The notes beneath the pieces are model-generated. The model ran no database searches. It worked only from the letters and a program-made list of their open reading frames with translations, and had not been told where the DNA came from. From Pseudomonadota bacterium (GTDB lineage Bacteria; Bdellovibrionota; Bdellovibrionia; Bdellovibrionales; Bdellovibrionaceae): a stretch of DNA of 64,000 nucleotides. Both the position numbers and the translations under genes were made by a program. Location: contig JBEGVH010000020.1 in assembly GCA_041178425.1 (NCBI GenBank), positions 87,242-151,241 on the forward strand, written 5' to 3'. Shown here piece by piece: positions 38,175 through 49,479 of the stretch. Numbering within the stretch: position 1 is the stretch's first letter; each line of letters begins with the position of its first letter.

Positions 38175-38590
38175 GTCCTGGACTTCAACTTCTGTTTGAT
38201 GTGCGCACAGCGTTGGAAAATGGAACATCAGTTAGAACTGGCGTACTCAATTTTTTAAAACTTCAAAGAACCGATTTCAATGAGACCGTCTCTGCTTGGA
38301 TTTTAGCATTCGATCAAAATCAAGATACCATCTATTTACTGAAACTGCTTCATCCCTGTCGGCGCACCCTCCTTCTAATGCTCGAAAAAGGAATGCGAGG
38401 TCTGCCCATACTGGCGGCCCTTGCGGAGCTGGAGCGAGAAATCATAAGCTCATGCGAACTTGAAATGGAGGAGCGAATTCAGAAACTACCTATTCGTCTT
38501 CTGTTTCCCGTTCTTTTTTTCATGTTTCCAGCCTACCTGATAATCCTAATCGGGCCTTTCATGTTAGAAATCATAAAGCATTGGGGTTAA
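38162..38590 (+). CDS. short TadC-like (T2SS-F family) protein
   Basis: G.PI...L..L; EERIQKLPIRLLFPVLFFMFPA..IILIGP; ATG 38162. Confidence 0.65.
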   Translation: MENLSPGLQLLFDVRTALENGTSVRTGVLNFLKLQRTDFNETVSAWILAFDQNQDTIYLLKLLHPCRRTLLLMLEKGMRGLPILAALAELEREIISSCELEMEERIQKLPIRLLFPVLFFMFPAYLIILIGPFMLEIIKHWG

Positions 38591-38709
38591 AGAAACAGGG
38601 ACTACTACAAATGCCGCTCAAGGCTTTAACTTGCTATTTTGAGGCGAACCAATTTAATTTATCGAAAAAGTCGCAAGGACTCACAATTAACTTTCCAATA
38701 GGGGGAATT

Positions 38710-38925
38710 TTGGCCAATCGCACGCTCACGACCAAAGATGGACTGGCAGACATTCAGTTTTTAATTGTGGAACTGGAAAGAAAAGAACCCGACACAAAAA
38801 TTATTAAAAGCCTAACCACAAAGTATGGCATTCCTTACAAAACCAACATTTCAGAGCAACTCGACGAAATCTTATTTTTTCTCAATAGCTTTGCTATTTC
38901 CAAAGAACTCGAGCAAGAGCCCTGA
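38710..38925 (+). CDS. small hypothetical protein (start uncertain)
   Basis: GGGGGA before in-frame TTG 38710 within ORF 38581-38925. Confidence 0.5.
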   Translation: MANRTLTTKDGLADIQFLIVELERKEPDTKIIKSLTTKYGIPYKTNISEQLDEILFFLNSFAISKELEQEP

Positions 38926-38963
38926 ATCTAGACACATCTAATATATATAGAGAGAGGACATCC

Positions 38964-39947
38964 ATGAGACCCATTGCAAATTCCGTATTAGACCTTATTG
39001 GCAATACTCCCATTCTTCGACTAAACAAGATCGTTCCGGATCACTTAAAGCATCACCAATTTTTTGGTAAACTGGAGTATTTCAATCCGGGAAATAGCGT
39101 AAAAGATCGTATTGGTATGGCTATTATCGAAGACGCCGAGAAATCAGGGCGACTAAAACCCGGTGGTACAATCGTTGAGGCGACCTCGGGAAACACGGGT
39201 GTGGGTTTGGCTCAGGCGGCTCTACTCAAGGGCTACAAATGCATTTTCGTAATGCCCGATAAAATTTCAGAAGAGAAGAGAGCGATTCTCCGTGCTTATG
39301 GTGCAGAGGTAATTATCACCCCTACGGCCGTTGAACCCGAAGATCCTCGCAGCTATATTTCTGTGTCTCAAAAACTAGCAAAAGAAACTCCTAATGCGAT
39401 TCTTGGAAATCAATACCATAATCCTGCTAACCCCAAGGCACATACACTCTCCACTGGTCCCGAAATTTGGGAGCAGATGGGTGGCCAACTTGACGCATTC
39501 GTGGCTGGAGCAGGTACTGGTGGAACAATTTCTGGGGTTGGTGAATACCTTAAAACAAAAAATCCAAACCTTAATGTTGTCTGTTCTGATCCTGTGGGCA
39601 GTATTCTTGCGGATCTTTTTTATCACGGTAAAGTTATCACACCTGCTCACGGCTATCTAGTAGAGGGAGTTGGAGAAGATATGCTACCCGAAAACGTTCA
39701 TCTCAAAACGATCGATGCATTCGAAAAAGTGACCGATCCCGAAGCGTTTCAAATGACCCGCCAGATAGTTGCTAAAGAGGCACTCTTTTTAGGTCCCTCA
39801 TCAGCTCTTGCCTTGGTTGGCGCTTTCAAATGGGCAGAAAAAGTGACGAAGCCTTCTCGAATTTTAGTTCTTTTTCCTGACAATGGTAGAGGCTACCTCA
39901 GCAAAGCTTTCAATGAAACATGGTTGAAACAGAATAATCTCATTTAA
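38964..39947 (+). CDS. PLP-dependent cysteine synthase / cystathionine beta-synthase family
   Basis: KLEYFNPGNSVKDRI, EATSGNTG, GTGGT, VEGVGED (CBS-like). Confidence 0.9.
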   Translation: MRPIANSVLDLIGNTPILRLNKIVPDHLKHHQFFGKLEYFNPGNSVKDRIGMAIIEDAEKSGRLKPGGTIVEATSGNTGVGLAQAALLKGYKCIFVMPDKISEEKRAILRAYGAEVIITPTAVEPEDPRSYISVSQKLAKETPNAILGNQYHNPANPKAHTLSTGPEIWEQMGGQLDAFVAGAGTGGTISGVGEYLKTKNPNLNVVCSDPVGSILADLFYHGKVITPAHGYLVEGVGEDMLPENVHLKTIDAFEKVTDPEAFQMTRQIVAKEALFLGPSSALALVGAFKWAEKVTKPSRILVLFPDNGRGYLSKAFNETWLKQNNLI

Positions 39948-39960
39948 TAAGGACTAAAAA

Positions 39961-41133
39961 ATGTCAGATATTTCAAAAATCTCAAAAAATTTAGGGTTTG
40001 CTACCAGAGCGATTCATGCGGGCCAAACACCTGACCCAAGCACCGGCGCCATCATGACTCCCGTTTATCTAACATCTACCTATGTTCAGGCTTCTCCAGG
40101 AGTCCATAAAGGATATGAATATAGTCGCACAGGAAACCCAACTAGAAAGGCCTATGAAGACTGCTTAGCCAGTCTCGAAGAGGGCACTCATGGATTTGCC
40201 TTTGCCTCTGGTTGTGCCGCAACAACGACGGTTCTTCATCTTCTTAAACAAGGCGATCACGTTATTGCCGGCGACGACATGTACGGCGGAACATTCAGAC
40301 TCTTTGATAAAGTTTTACGCCACAATGGCCTCGGCTTTACCTACCTCGATCTCACGAATGCTGAAAACTTAAAAGAAGCCATTCGTCCGGAGACTAAAAT
40401 GGTTTGGATTGAAACCCCAACCAACCCAACCCTTAAGCTTGTCGACATACAAAGAATTTGCGAAATCGCACACGCCAAAAATATTATGGTAGCGGTCGAC
40501 AATACCTTTATGAGTCCTTACTTTCAGAGACCATTAACTCTTGGCGCCGACATTGTTGTTCATTCAACAACAAAATACGTTGGTGGTCATAGCGATATGG
40601 TTGGTGGCGCGGTTGTTACCAATAAAAAAGAAATTGCTGAACGCATTGCCTTTTTAAGTAATTCTATGGGTTCTATCCAAGGGCCGTTCGATGCCTTCCT
40701 TAGCCTACGAAGCCTCAAAACTCTTCCCATTCGCATGAAAGCCCACGAAAAAAATGCCATTGAAGTGGCAAAGTTTTTGGAATCCCATCCAAAAATTCAG
40801 TGGGTTCGATACCCCGGACTCCCTTCTCACCCCCAGCACGCTCTTGCAAAAAAACAAATGTCTGGCTTTGGTGGCATGATCACTTTCGCCCTCAAAGGTG
40901 GCATCGAGCAATCCCGAACACTTTTAGAAAATGTGAAAATTTTTGCACTTGCAGAAAGCTTGGGCGGCGTAGAATCTTTGATCGAACATCCTGCAATCAT
41001 GACGCACGCTAGCGTTCCAGCCGATGTTAGAAAACAACTCGGTATCGACGATAGCCTTGTGCGATTAAGCGTGGGCATTGAAGACAGCGAAGATCTTTTA
41101 AATGATCTGAAAGCCGCCCTAGAGAAAGTTTAG
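39961..41133 (+). CDS. cystathionine gamma-lyase/synthase
   Basis: YEYSRTGNPTR, ETPTNP, DNTF, HSTTKYVGGHSD, AESLGGVESL. Confidence 0.92.
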   Translation: MSDISKISKNLGFATRAIHAGQTPDPSTGAIMTPVYLTSTYVQASPGVHKGYEYSRTGNPTRKAYEDCLASLEEGTHGFAFASGCAATTTVLHLLKQGDHVIAGDDMYGGTFRLFDKVLRHNGLGFTYLDLTNAENLKEAIRPETKMVWIETPTNPTLKLVDIQRICEIAHAKNIMVAVDNTFMSPYFQRPLTLGADIVVHSTTKYVGGHSDMVGGAVVTNKKEIAERIAFLSNSMGSIQGPFDAFLSLRSLKTLPIRMKAHEKNAIEVAKFLESHPKIQWVRYPGLPSHPQHALAKKQMSGFGGMITFALKGGIEQSRTLLENVKIFALAESLGGVESLIEHPAIMTHASVPADVRKQLGIDDSLVRLSVGIEDSEDLLNDLKAALEKV

Positions 41134-41242
41134 TTCTTTAAAGGAGACAACTGTTTAAAAAAAGATTTGGGGAAAAGCTTCTTGACAATAGACCACGCTC
41201 CCCTTTATTCAGTTGTCTCCGATCTCGCGGAGCTTTGTATTT

Positions 41243-41318
<76 letters not shown>

Positions 41319-41468
41319 TTCTTATCTAAATAAAAACTTAAAATGAATACCGCCAATAGAACTTCACTGAACTTCGATTGGCCACTTCTGCACTTTGAGT
41401 GCATTGTTTTCAGTTTTCAGAGTAAAACTGGCCCTTTTAGTAAAATTAATGTATAAATCCGCCTAATT

Positions 41469-42488
41469 ATGTCCAAAATCCTTGAAACCTTAAAGGCAAA
41501 CCCACTGGTGCTAGCTCCAATGGCTGGCATCACTGATTCCGCTTTTCGCTCCTTTATGCGCGAAATGGGTGCTGGCATTGTTGTGACCGAACTCATTTCG
41601 GCAACGGGCACCCAATATCAAAGCGAAAGAACTCTTCGCCTCATGGATTTTACTCCTGATCAACACCCGGTTGGTATCCAGCTTTTTGGTGAGGATCCTG
41701 AAGTTATGGCCCATGCAGCGCAAGTGGCAGAGGCACGAGGGTGTGATTTTATTGATCTCAATTTCGGATGTCCTGTTCCGAAGGTAGTAAAAAAGGGCGG
41801 AGGCTCCGCCATTCTCCGTGATCTGAAAGCTCTAGAAACAATGGTTCGCACGGTGAAATCAGCCATTCAAATTCCGCTCACCATCAAAATCCGGACAGGT
41901 TGGGATCAGAATTCTCGCAATGCTCACGAAGTTACAAAGATCGCCTACAACGAAGGTGTGACTTGGGTTGCGATTCACGGACGCACCAGAGCTCAGGGCT
42001 ATGCTGGGCAAGCAGATTGGGACTACATTCGTGAAGTAAAAGCCCAAAGTCCACTTCCTATTATCGGTAATGGTGACCTCAATACTCCTGAGATCGTTCA
42101 ATCTCGCCTCCAAGAGAGCGGCTGTGATGGCGTGATGATCGGGAGAGGTTGTTTAAAAAACCCGTTTCTGTTTATGGACAGCCTCAATCGAATCAGAGGT
42201 GAAGATTCATCGGCACCTATTTCACGGGATCATTGGGCTGTTTACGAACGTCTCCACTCCCACCTAGCAACGCAGTGTGATGATCTGATTTTAACAATAC
42301 AATTAAAGAAGTTTGCCGCTTGGTACTCCTCAGGGTATTCTGGCGCTTCTCAATTTCGAAAATCAATTTTTCAAACAAAAGAACTAAATGAGGTTTTGGA
42401 TCTCGCCGAGGGATACTTCAAGGGATTGACTTTAGACATTCCAGAAGACACAACTCAGGAACCATTTCTCATGGGAGGACACGGCTAA
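41469..42488 (+). CDS. dusB: tRNA-dihydrouridine synthase B
   Basis: LAPMAGITD, DLNFGCP, KIRTGWD, HGRT, GNGD, GVMIGRG. Confidence 0.92.
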   Translation: MSKILETLKANPLVLAPMAGITDSAFRSFMREMGAGIVVTELISATGTQYQSERTLRLMDFTPDQHPVGIQLFGEDPEVMAHAAQVAEARGCDFIDLNFGCPVPKVVKKGGGSAILRDLKALETMVRTVKSAIQIPLTIKIRTGWDQNSRNAHEVTKIAYNEGVTWVAIHGRTRAQGYAGQADWDYIREVKAQSPLPIIGNGDLNTPEIVQSRLQESGCDGVMIGRGCLKNPFLFMDSLNRIRGEDSSAPISRDHWAVYERLHSHLATQCDDLILTIQLKKFAAWYSSGYSGASQFRKSIFQTKELNEVLDLAEGYFKGLTLDIPEDTTQEPFLMGGHG

Positions 42489-44299
42489 TGCTTGAAGCAC
42501 AAAAGATACGAAATATCGCGATTATCGCGCACGTCGACCACGGCAAAACAACCCTCGTCGATCACCTCATTAAACAAGCGGGAACTTTCCGCGAAAATGA
42601 ACACGTTGAAGAACGTTTGATGGACTCCATGGATCTCGAAAAAGAGCGTGGAATCACTATTGCTGCGAAAAACGCCTCGTTCATTTATAACGATATCAAA
42701 ATCAATATCGTTGATACCCCCGGCCACAGTGACTTCGGCGGTGAGGTGGAACGTATCCTTAACATGGTGGATGGAGCTATTCTCCTGGTTGATGCCTCTG
42801 AAGGCCCACTTCCTCAAACTCGTTTCGTTTTAAAAAAGGCACTAGAACAAAACATCAAGGTTATGGTTTGTATTAACAAGATCGACCGTCCTGATGCACG
42901 TATTCAAGAGGTCCTAAACGAAGTTTTCGATCTTTTCATTGATCTCGATGCCACAGAAGAACAAGCAGATTTTACGACTGTTTACGCTATTGCCCGCGAG
43001 GGAATGGCGACGATGGATCCAAATGTTAAAACCGAAAACCTTGTCTGCCTCTACGACAAAATCCTTGAGCTAGTACCGCCACCAAAAGCCGATGTTGAAG
43101 CACCATTACAAGTCATGGTGGCAAACATTAGCTACAACGACTATGTTGGTCGTCTAGCAATTGGCCGAGTTCGCTCAGGTAAAATCAAAGTTGGCGATGA
43201 AGTTCTAGTTGTTCAGGCCGACAAACAAAAGAAAGTGAAAGTCACTGCTCTTTTCCAATACAAAGTAGCGGCGCCAGTTCCAGCTCAAGAAATTTGGGCG
43301 GGAGACATTGCGATCATCGCGGGCCTGGAAGACTTCACTATCGGTGATACTATTACATCGGCTGTTGATCCTAAACCACTTCCACGTATTCGTATTGATG
43401 AGCCAACCGTAGGAATGATCTTCTCCGTGAACGATGGTCCATTCGCAGGTCTCGAAGGTAAAAACGTAACGTCACGAAAAATTCTTGAGCGTTTAGAGCG
43501 AGAGCTTTTATACAACGTGGCTCTTCGCCTAGAAAAAACTGACCAAACGGATTCCTTTAAAGTTATTGGCCGTGGTGAACTTCAGTTGGCCGTACTTATT
43601 GAGCAAATGCGTCGTGAAGGATTCGAACTTTGTGTGTCTAAGCCACAAGTTATCTTTAAAGAGAAAGATGGCGTACGCCAGGAGCCATTCGAAGTTGCAA
43701 CCATCGACGTTGAAGATACATTCGTTGGGGTTGTTACCGAGAAAATGGGTCTCAGAAAAGGTGTGATGACCAATATGTCTTCAAAAGGGACTGGTCGTAC
43801 CCGCCTTGAGTTCCGCATTCCTGCTCGTGGTTTGATTGGTTATCGTTCTGAGTTCCTTACCGACACACGCGGAACCGGTCTTTTGAACACTCAATACGAC
43901 GGTTACGATGAGTATCGTGGCGATATTAACGCCCGTCTTAACGGAGCGATGATTTCAAAAGAAAAGGGTGTTGCAACTGCTTACTCTCTTTGGAACCTAC
44001 AAGAGCGTGGAATCATGTTCGTGACTCCAACAACAGATGTTTACGAAGGGATGGTCGTTGGTGAACACGCCAAAGATAATGACCTTGTCGTCAACGTATG
44101 TACTGAGAAAAAACTCACGAACGTTCGTGCCTCTGGGTCTGATGAAGCGATTCGTCTTGTTCCAGTTCGCCCTATGACACTCGAAAAAGCGATGGAATGG
44201 ATTACTGATGATGAACTCATCGAGGCCACTCCTAAGTCGGTTCGAATTCGTTGTCGTCAATTGGATCCGAACAAACGTAAGAAAAAAGACAAAGCCTAA
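42488..44299 (+). CDS. typA: translational GTPase TypA/BipA
   Basis: [49 protein letters not shown]. Confidence 0.98.
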   Translation: MLEAQKIRNIAIIAHVDHGKTTLVDHLIKQAGTFRENEHVEERLMDSMDLEKERGITIAAKNASFIYNDIKINIVDTPGHSDFGGEVERILNMVDGAILLVDASEGPLPQTRFVLKKALEQNIKVMVCINKIDRPDARIQEVLNEVFDLFIDLDATEEQADFTTVYAIAREGMATMDPNVKTENLVCLYDKILELVPPPKADVEAPLQVMVANISYNDYVGRLAIGRVRSGKIKVGDEVLVVQADKQKKVKVTALFQYKVAAPVPAQEIWAGDIAIIAGLEDFTIGDTITSAVDPKPLPRIRIDEPTVGMIFSVNDGPFAGLEGKNVTSRKILERLERELLYNVALRLEKTDQTDSFKVIGRGELQLAVLIEQMRREGFELCVSKPQVIFKEKDGVRQEPFEVATIDVEDTFVGVVTEKMGLRKGVMTNMSSKGTGRTRLEFRIPARGLIGYRSEFLTDTRGTGLLNTQYDGYDEYRGDINARLNGAMISKEKGVATAYSLWNLQERGIMFVTPTTDVYEGMVVGEHAKDNDLVVNVCTEKKLTNVRASGSDEAIRLVPVRPMTLEKAMEWITDDELIEATPKSVRIRCRQLDPNKRKKKDKA

Positions 44300-44304
44300 A
44301 ACAC

Positions 44305-44337
44305 AAAAGCCCTTCGGAAACGAAGGGCTTTTTTTTT
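44305..44337 (+). terminator. rho-independent terminator
   Basis: AAAAGCCCTTCG-GAAA-CGAAGGGCTTTT plus T-tract. Confidence 0.9.
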
Positions 44338-44382
44338 GCGATCAATCGCGACGTCTAATTCACGAGTAGAACAAAGCTTCAG

Positions 44383-45117
44383 TTACTTAATTAATTTCAA
44401 ATCCATTTCATCTTTCAAATTGACCCCAGATAATTGGAGTCGAAGACTCTCTCTCATTAAATACTCTAACTTGGCCGAGGCATGCCGATAGCTCATACCC
44501 AACGGTTCTCTAACATTTGAGATACAATTTCTTTGCGCATCACTATTGCCGCTCATAGGGGAATAAGTCATATAGATCCCTAAAGAGTCAGCCGAATTTA
44601 ATCCGGGTCGCTCACCTATAAAAATCACACTCAACTTGGCCTTAACTTGCTCACCAATAGGATCGGCAATAGCCACTCTTGAATAGGGCACTAAAAACAA
44701 TCGATAGGTAAGTTCTGGAAAAACCGAAGACAAACTAACCTTCAAAAGATTCCACAGAGGCAAAAAATGCTTTGTTACCGCCAAGGCCGAAAGCCCATCA
44801 GACACAATAAAAGCAATGTCTGTTGAGCTCTCTCGAAGCGCCTCGCAACTATCGGAGCTTAGCAAGCGGCCCTTATTAGGAAAACGCAAATACGTTTCTC
44901 GATCATGAACTTCGGTGGAAAGTTGAATGGGCGTTTCCCCCTGCTCGATAAGATCATTAATTAAGGTCTGATAGTCCCAAACACACCAAACGGCATTTCT
45001 GGCGGCCGAATGAGCCCGTTGAAACTCTAAAACCTTTTGCGTTGGCAAAGAAAACCCTACCCGTCCAAGTCCCACTCGAGCAGAGGTAAACTCCTTAAGT
45101 TTACTCCACTTATCCAC
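44383..45117 (-). CDS. eutC: ethanolamine ammonia-lyase small subunit
   Basis: TSARVGLGR.G, DGLSA.A, IGERPGL, RNCISNV, SGVNLKD. Confidence 0.95.
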   Translation of the reverse strand: MDKWSKLKEFTSARVGLGRVGFSLPTQKVLEFQRAHSAARNAVWCVWDYQTLINDLIEQGETPIQLSTEVHDRETYLRFPNKGRLLSSDSCEALRESSTDIAFIVSDGLSALAVTKHFLPLWNLLKVSLSSVFPELTYRLFLVPYSRVAIADPIGEQVKAKLSVIFIGERPGLNSADSLGIYMTYSPMSGNSDAQRNCISNVREPLGMSYRHASAKLEYLMRESLRLQLSGVNLKDEMDLKLIK

Positions 45118-46501
45118 GAACCACCTCCTCCAACAAAAAGGTGTCGGCCGTTTTTTGAATTTGCAGAGTTTCTGGATTCCAAAGATTCATCTTTACTAAC
45201 CAAGCCTCAAACTCAGGAGCAGGTCGCAGCTGAAGCACTTTTCGCAAATAGAGTGCATCATGAAATGAAGTACTCTGATAATTCAACATAATGTCGTCGG
45301 CACCAGGAATGCCCATGATATAGTTGCAGCCGGCAGTACCGAGCAGAGTTAACAAATTATCCATGTCGTCTTGATCGGCTTCGGCATGATTCGTATAACA
45401 AACATCGCACCCCATTGGTAAACCAAGAAGTTTTCCGCAAAAATGGTCCTCAAGACCCGCACGAATAATTTGTTTGCCATTATAGAGATACTCAGGACCA
45501 ATAAACCCCACCACTGTATTCACAAGAAGAGGATCAAAAGCTTTTGCCACCGCATAAGCTCTGGCCTCGATGGTCTGTGCATCAACACCAAAATGCGCGT
45601 CTGCCGATAAAGCAGACCCTTGGCCGGTTTCAAAATACATGACCTGCTGGCCACATGTTCCACGTTTTAACTCAAGAGCAGCCTCTCTTGCTTCTCGAAG
45701 AAGTGACAAATCGATTCCAAAAGACCGATTGGCTTTTTCAGAGCCTGCAATGGATTGAAAAACAAGATCAACGGGTGCTCCCATTTCAATGCAACGTAGA
45801 GCCGTTGTAACATGAGCCAAAACACAAGATTGAACCGGAATCTCGTATTTTAAGCGAACTTGATCAATCATCTCTAACAGCGTTCGCATATTCTGTGGAT
45901 TATCTGTGGCGGGATTGATTCCAATAACAGCATCTCCACTTCCAAGAAGGAGTCCATCAATGAGACTCACGAGAATTCCCTGAGGATCGTCCGTTGGATG
46001 ATTAGGTTGAAGACGAGTGGATAAGTGACCCTTCAAACCAATAGTGTTTCTAAACCGCGTGACGATAGTCATTTTTTGAGCCACAGCAATTAAATCTTGT
46101 AATCGCATCAGCTTAGAAACGGCGGCCGCCATCTCAGGGGTAATTCCATCGCGCACGTGTTCTATTTCTAGCCCTGTCGTTGTTTCGAGTAATAACCAAT
46201 CCCGAAATTCGCCAACAGTAAAACTCTTGATTGTATCAAAAGATTTCGATCGATGAGATTCTAAAATAAGCCTGGTTACTTCGTCATTAGCGGATGGAAT
46301 GAAAACGTCTTCTAGAAAGTCCACCAATGGAACCTCGGCCAATGCAGACTGCGCTGCCGCTCTTTCGGCTTCCGAATCAGCGGCTATGCCAGCCAACTCA
46401 TCGGCAGAGCGACGCGGAGAGGCCTTAGCCATTAACTCCTTTAAATTTGAAAACTGGTAAACGACACCGTCCCAACCGAACCGATAGGTTTTCATTATCA
46501 A
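45110..46501 (-). CDS. eutB: ethanolamine ammonia-lyase large subunit
   Basis: RLQPNHPTDD, GDAVIGINP, MYFETGQGS, NTVVGFIGPEY, DVCYTNH. Confidence 0.97.
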   Translation of the reverse strand: MIMKTYRFGWDGVVYQFSNLKELMAKASPRRSADELAGIAADSEAERAAAQSALAEVPLVDFLEDVFIPSANDEVTRLILESHRSKSFDTIKSFTVGEFRDWLLLETTTGLEIEHVRDGITPEMAAAVSKLMRLQDLIAVAQKMTIVTRFRNTIGLKGHLSTRLQPNHPTDDPQGILVSLIDGLLLGSGDAVIGINPATDNPQNMRTLLEMIDQVRLKYEIPVQSCVLAHVTTALRCIEMGAPVDLVFQSIAGSEKANRSFGIDLSLLREAREAALELKRGTCGQQVMYFETGQGSALSADAHFGVDAQTIEARAYAVAKAFDPLLVNTVVGFIGPEYLYNGKQIIRAGLEDHFCGKLLGLPMGCDVCYTNHAEADQDDMDNLLTLLGTAGCNYIMGIPGADDIMLNYQSTSFHDALYLRKVLQLRPAPEFEAWLVKMNLWNPETLQIQKTADTFLLEEVVRG

Positions 46502-46700
46502 CTCACCTTTTTTGTAAGCTAATCACGAACTCGTCTCAATAGCAATCAATGCCCCGATTTTAAAGTCGCTTCCATTTCAAAAAGGAACATCCAAATTGGA
46601 TTTATTGTTATCTTCAAACAAAACAAATATACTACCGAGGCGTTAAGAGGAGTGCTTAACTAGAACTAATTTACACAGAAAAAAGAAAAAGGAGTTTCAG

Positions 46701-48221
46701 ATGATTTTCAACAACCCCAATCAGGCGGGCGCCAAAATTAATTTTAAATCCCGTTACGAAAACTTTATTGGTGGACGATGGGTACCACCGAAAAAGGGCC
46801 AATACTTCGAGAATATTTCTCCAGTGAACGGACAGAAGTTTTGTGAAGTACCACGGTCTACTTCAGAAGATATCGAGTTGGCGCTCGATGCGGCTCATGA
46901 AGCTAAAATTTCGTGGGGAAAAACAGCTCCAGCCCAAAGGGCTGCGATTCTTAATAAAATTGCTGATCGAATGGAACAAAATCTTGAGATGCTTGCGGTT
47001 GCAGAGACCTGGGATAACGGTAAGCCCGTGCGCGAAACACTTGCTGCCGATATTCCTCTCGCCATCGACCATTTTCGGTATTTTGCTGGCTGCATAAGAG
47101 CCCAAGAAGGGACGGTCGCTGAGCTTGATGAAAACACCGTGGCTTATCATTTTCACGAACCACTCGGTGTTGTTGGACAAATTATTCCGTGGAACTTTCC
47201 TATATTAATGGCGGCATGGAAAATCGCTCCCGCTCTAGCGGCGGGTAATTGTGTTGTGTTGAAACCAGCCGAACAAACTCCCACAAGTATTCTTATAGTG
47301 ATGGAACTCATTCAAGATATACTTCCAGCAGGAGTGCTCAATGTCGTTAATGGGTTTGGCCTCGAAGCCGGCAAACCACTTGCCTGCAATAAGCGAATTG
47401 CAAAAATCGCTTTTACCGGAGAAACCACAACCGGAAGGCTTATTATGCAATATGCTTCCGAAAACCTTATTCCGGTCACACTCGAATTAGGCGGTAAATC
47501 ACCAAATATTTTCTTTGATGATGTAATGGCACACAAAGATGACTTTTATCAAAAATCGCTTGAAGGGTTCACAATGTTTGCCCTCAACCAAGGGGAAGTT
47601 TGCACCTGCCCTTCGAGGGCCTTGGTTCAAAGTAATATCTACGGTTCCTTTATGGCTGATGCTATTAATCGAGTAAAAGAGGTGAAACAAGGAAATCCTC
47701 TGGATACGGCAACCATGATTGGTGCTCAGGCCTCCAACGACCAGAAAGAAAAAATTCTTTCTTATATTGATATAGCAAAGAAAGAAGGTGCCAAAATTCT
47801 TTGTGGCGGAAACGCGGCGGATGTTCCTTCTGATCTTAAGGGTGGATACTATATTCAACCCACGGTGATTGAAGGCCATAATAAAATGAGAGTTTTTCAA
47901 GAAGAAATTTTTGGACCCGTCGTAGCTGTGACCCAATTTAAAGATCAGGCAGAGGCTCTTTCAATTGCAAACGATACTTTGTACGGTCTTGGTGCAGGAG
48001 TATGGACTCGCAACGGTTCATTGGCATTCAAAATGGGAAGAGCGATTCAGGCAGGTCGCGTATGGACCAACTGTTATCACCTCTACCCTGCTCACGCCGC
48101 TTTTGGTGGATATAAACAGTCAGGTATCGGACGCGAAACCCATCGAATGATGCTCGATCACTACCAACAAACAAAAAATCTCTTAGTCAGTTATGATCCT
48201 AAACCGATGGGCTTTTTCTGA
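46701..48221 (+). CDS. acetaldehyde dehydrogenase (AldB/ExaC/AcoD type, CoA-independent)
   Basis: [38 protein letters not shown]. Confidence 0.92.
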   Translation: MIFNNPNQAGAKINFKSRYENFIGGRWVPPKKGQYFENISPVNGQKFCEVPRSTSEDIELALDAAHEAKISWGKTAPAQRAAILNKIADRMEQNLEMLAVAETWDNGKPVRETLAADIPLAIDHFRYFAGCIRAQEGTVAELDENTVAYHFHEPLGVVGQIIPWNFPILMAAWKIAPALAAGNCVVLKPAEQTPTSILIVMELIQDILPAGVLNVVNGFGLEAGKPLACNKRIAKIAFTGETTTGRLIMQYASENLIPVTLELGGKSPNIFFDDVMAHKDDFYQKSLEGFTMFALNQGEVCTCPSRALVQSNIYGSFMADAINRVKEVKQGNPLDTATMIGAQASNDQKEKILSYIDIAKKEGAKILCGGNAADVPSDLKGGYYIQPTVIEGHNKMRVFQEEIFGPVVAVTQFKDQAEALSIANDTLYGLGAGVWTRNGSLAFKMGRAIQAGRVWTNCYHLYPAHAAFGGYKQSGIGRETHRMMLDHYQQTKNLLVSYDPKPMGFF

Positions 48222-48223
48222 TC

Positions 48224-48619
48224 ATGAAAAATAGAGTGAAGCGTGTTTTGGCTACTCCTCTGACGGAGGAGTGGCTAAAAAAACTTGAGCTCAAACATGG
48301 TCCCCTCATGTTTCATCAATCGGGAGGCTGTTGCGACGGCAGCGCTCCCATGTGTTATTTAAGAGGAGAATTTAAGCTTGGATCCAATGATGTTTACTTA
48401 GGAGAAATTGCAGGAACTCCATTTTACATGAGTGAAAGTCAGTTTGAGTACTGGAGACACACTCAACTTATCATTGACGTTGTTCCTGGAAGAGGGAGTG
48501 GTTTTTCAGTTGAGTCGCCTGAGGGAATTCGTTTTTTAACTCGGTCAGAGGTTTTCACCGAAGAGCAATGGACCTCCCTGCAAACCCAAGGTGACCCACC
48601 GCGGGGCCAACAACATTAA
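48224..48619 (+). CDS. DUF779 protein
   Basis: HGPLMFHQSGGCCDGSAPMC, HTQL.IDVVPGRG.GFS.E. Confidence 0.9.
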   Translation: MKNRVKRVLATPLTEEWLKKLELKHGPLMFHQSGGCCDGSAPMCYLRGEFKLGSNDVYLGEIAGTPFYMSESQFEYWRHTQLIIDVVPGRGSGFSVESPEGIRFLTRSEVFTEEQWTSLQTQGDPPRGQQH

Positions 48620-48636
48620 ACCCTGAAGAGACCTAT

Positions 48637-49479
48637 TTAATTCTCCTCAACGGGAGCCGATTCAAGATCTTCCACAGTTAATTCCTCATCCGCAACAGGA
48701 GCTTCTTCTCCGGTCTCTTCAACTACTGGTTCAGGTTCAGGCGGAGTTCCCGGAAAGTAAGCCAACTGATCAATGGCGTCTCGATAATCACCTTCGCCCA
48801 CCTTGCCCGTTTTATAAAGACTATTAAGAAGAGTCTTCATTCGACGTCGGGCAAAGCTTGTTAACTCTTTTCTAAAAAAAGAGTGCGAGTACTTTTCTGG
48901 AGACGGCAATAAGAAAACTAAAAAAACACTTTCATTGAGTGTTAATTCGCTGGGGTGTTTCTTAAAATAAAACTGTGCCGCTCTCTTGACTCCAAAAATA
49001 TTTTTTCCAAATTGAACGACGTTAAAATATCTCTCTAGAATCTCATTTTTTGTAAGGTTCTTTTCGATCTCTTGTGTAATAAGCGCCTCGCGAAACTTGC
49101 GCCAAATCGTTTTATTTTTTGATAGAAACATATTCTTCGCTAATTGCTGCGTGATCGTAGATCCACCTCGCACATAGCGACCCTCCGCAAGATTCTTCTC
49201 AAAACTATACTGAATTGCCTGCCAATCGAACCCATTATGCTGATAAAAATGGGCATCTTCAGCAGCTATGACGGCTCGTTTGAGATGCCCCGAAATAGCT
49301 CCCAGCCTTACATAGCTAGAAGACCCAGGACATAACTTTACTTCGTACATAGTGGTCGTCATACAACCCTTGAGGTCTTCAGCGGCTGGAAGACTCAACC
49401 AAAGACTCACCCCCAGGATAATTCCCAAAAAGGAAAATACGAGCACCGCAAACCAAAAACGTCTCAGCCATTTCTTCAT
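48637..49479 (-). CDS. mtgA: monofunctional peptidoglycan transglycosylase
   Basis: AEDAHFYQH.GFD, GGSTITQQLAKN, RK..E, K.EILE.Y.N; acidic tail. Confidence 0.9.
   Translation of the reverse strand: MKKWLRRFWFAVLVFSFLGIILGVSLWLSLPAAEDLKGCMTTTMYEVKLCPGSSSYVRLGAISGHLKRAVIAAEDAHFYQHNGFDWQAIQYSFEKNLAEGRYVRGGSTITQQLAKNMFLSKNKTIWRKFREALITQEIEKNLTKNEILERYFNVVQFGKNIFGVKRAAQFYFKKHPSELTLNESVFLVFLLPSPEKYSHSFFRKELTSFARRRMKTLLNSLYKTGKVGEGDYRDAIDQLAYFPGTPPEPEPVVEETGEEAPVADEELTVEDLESAPVEEN

Noticed and set aside
46541..46556. Sigma-54 promoter for eutB
   Set aside because: GG-N10-GC is present but the -24 context (CGGGGC) is poor and no activator gene is adjacent.
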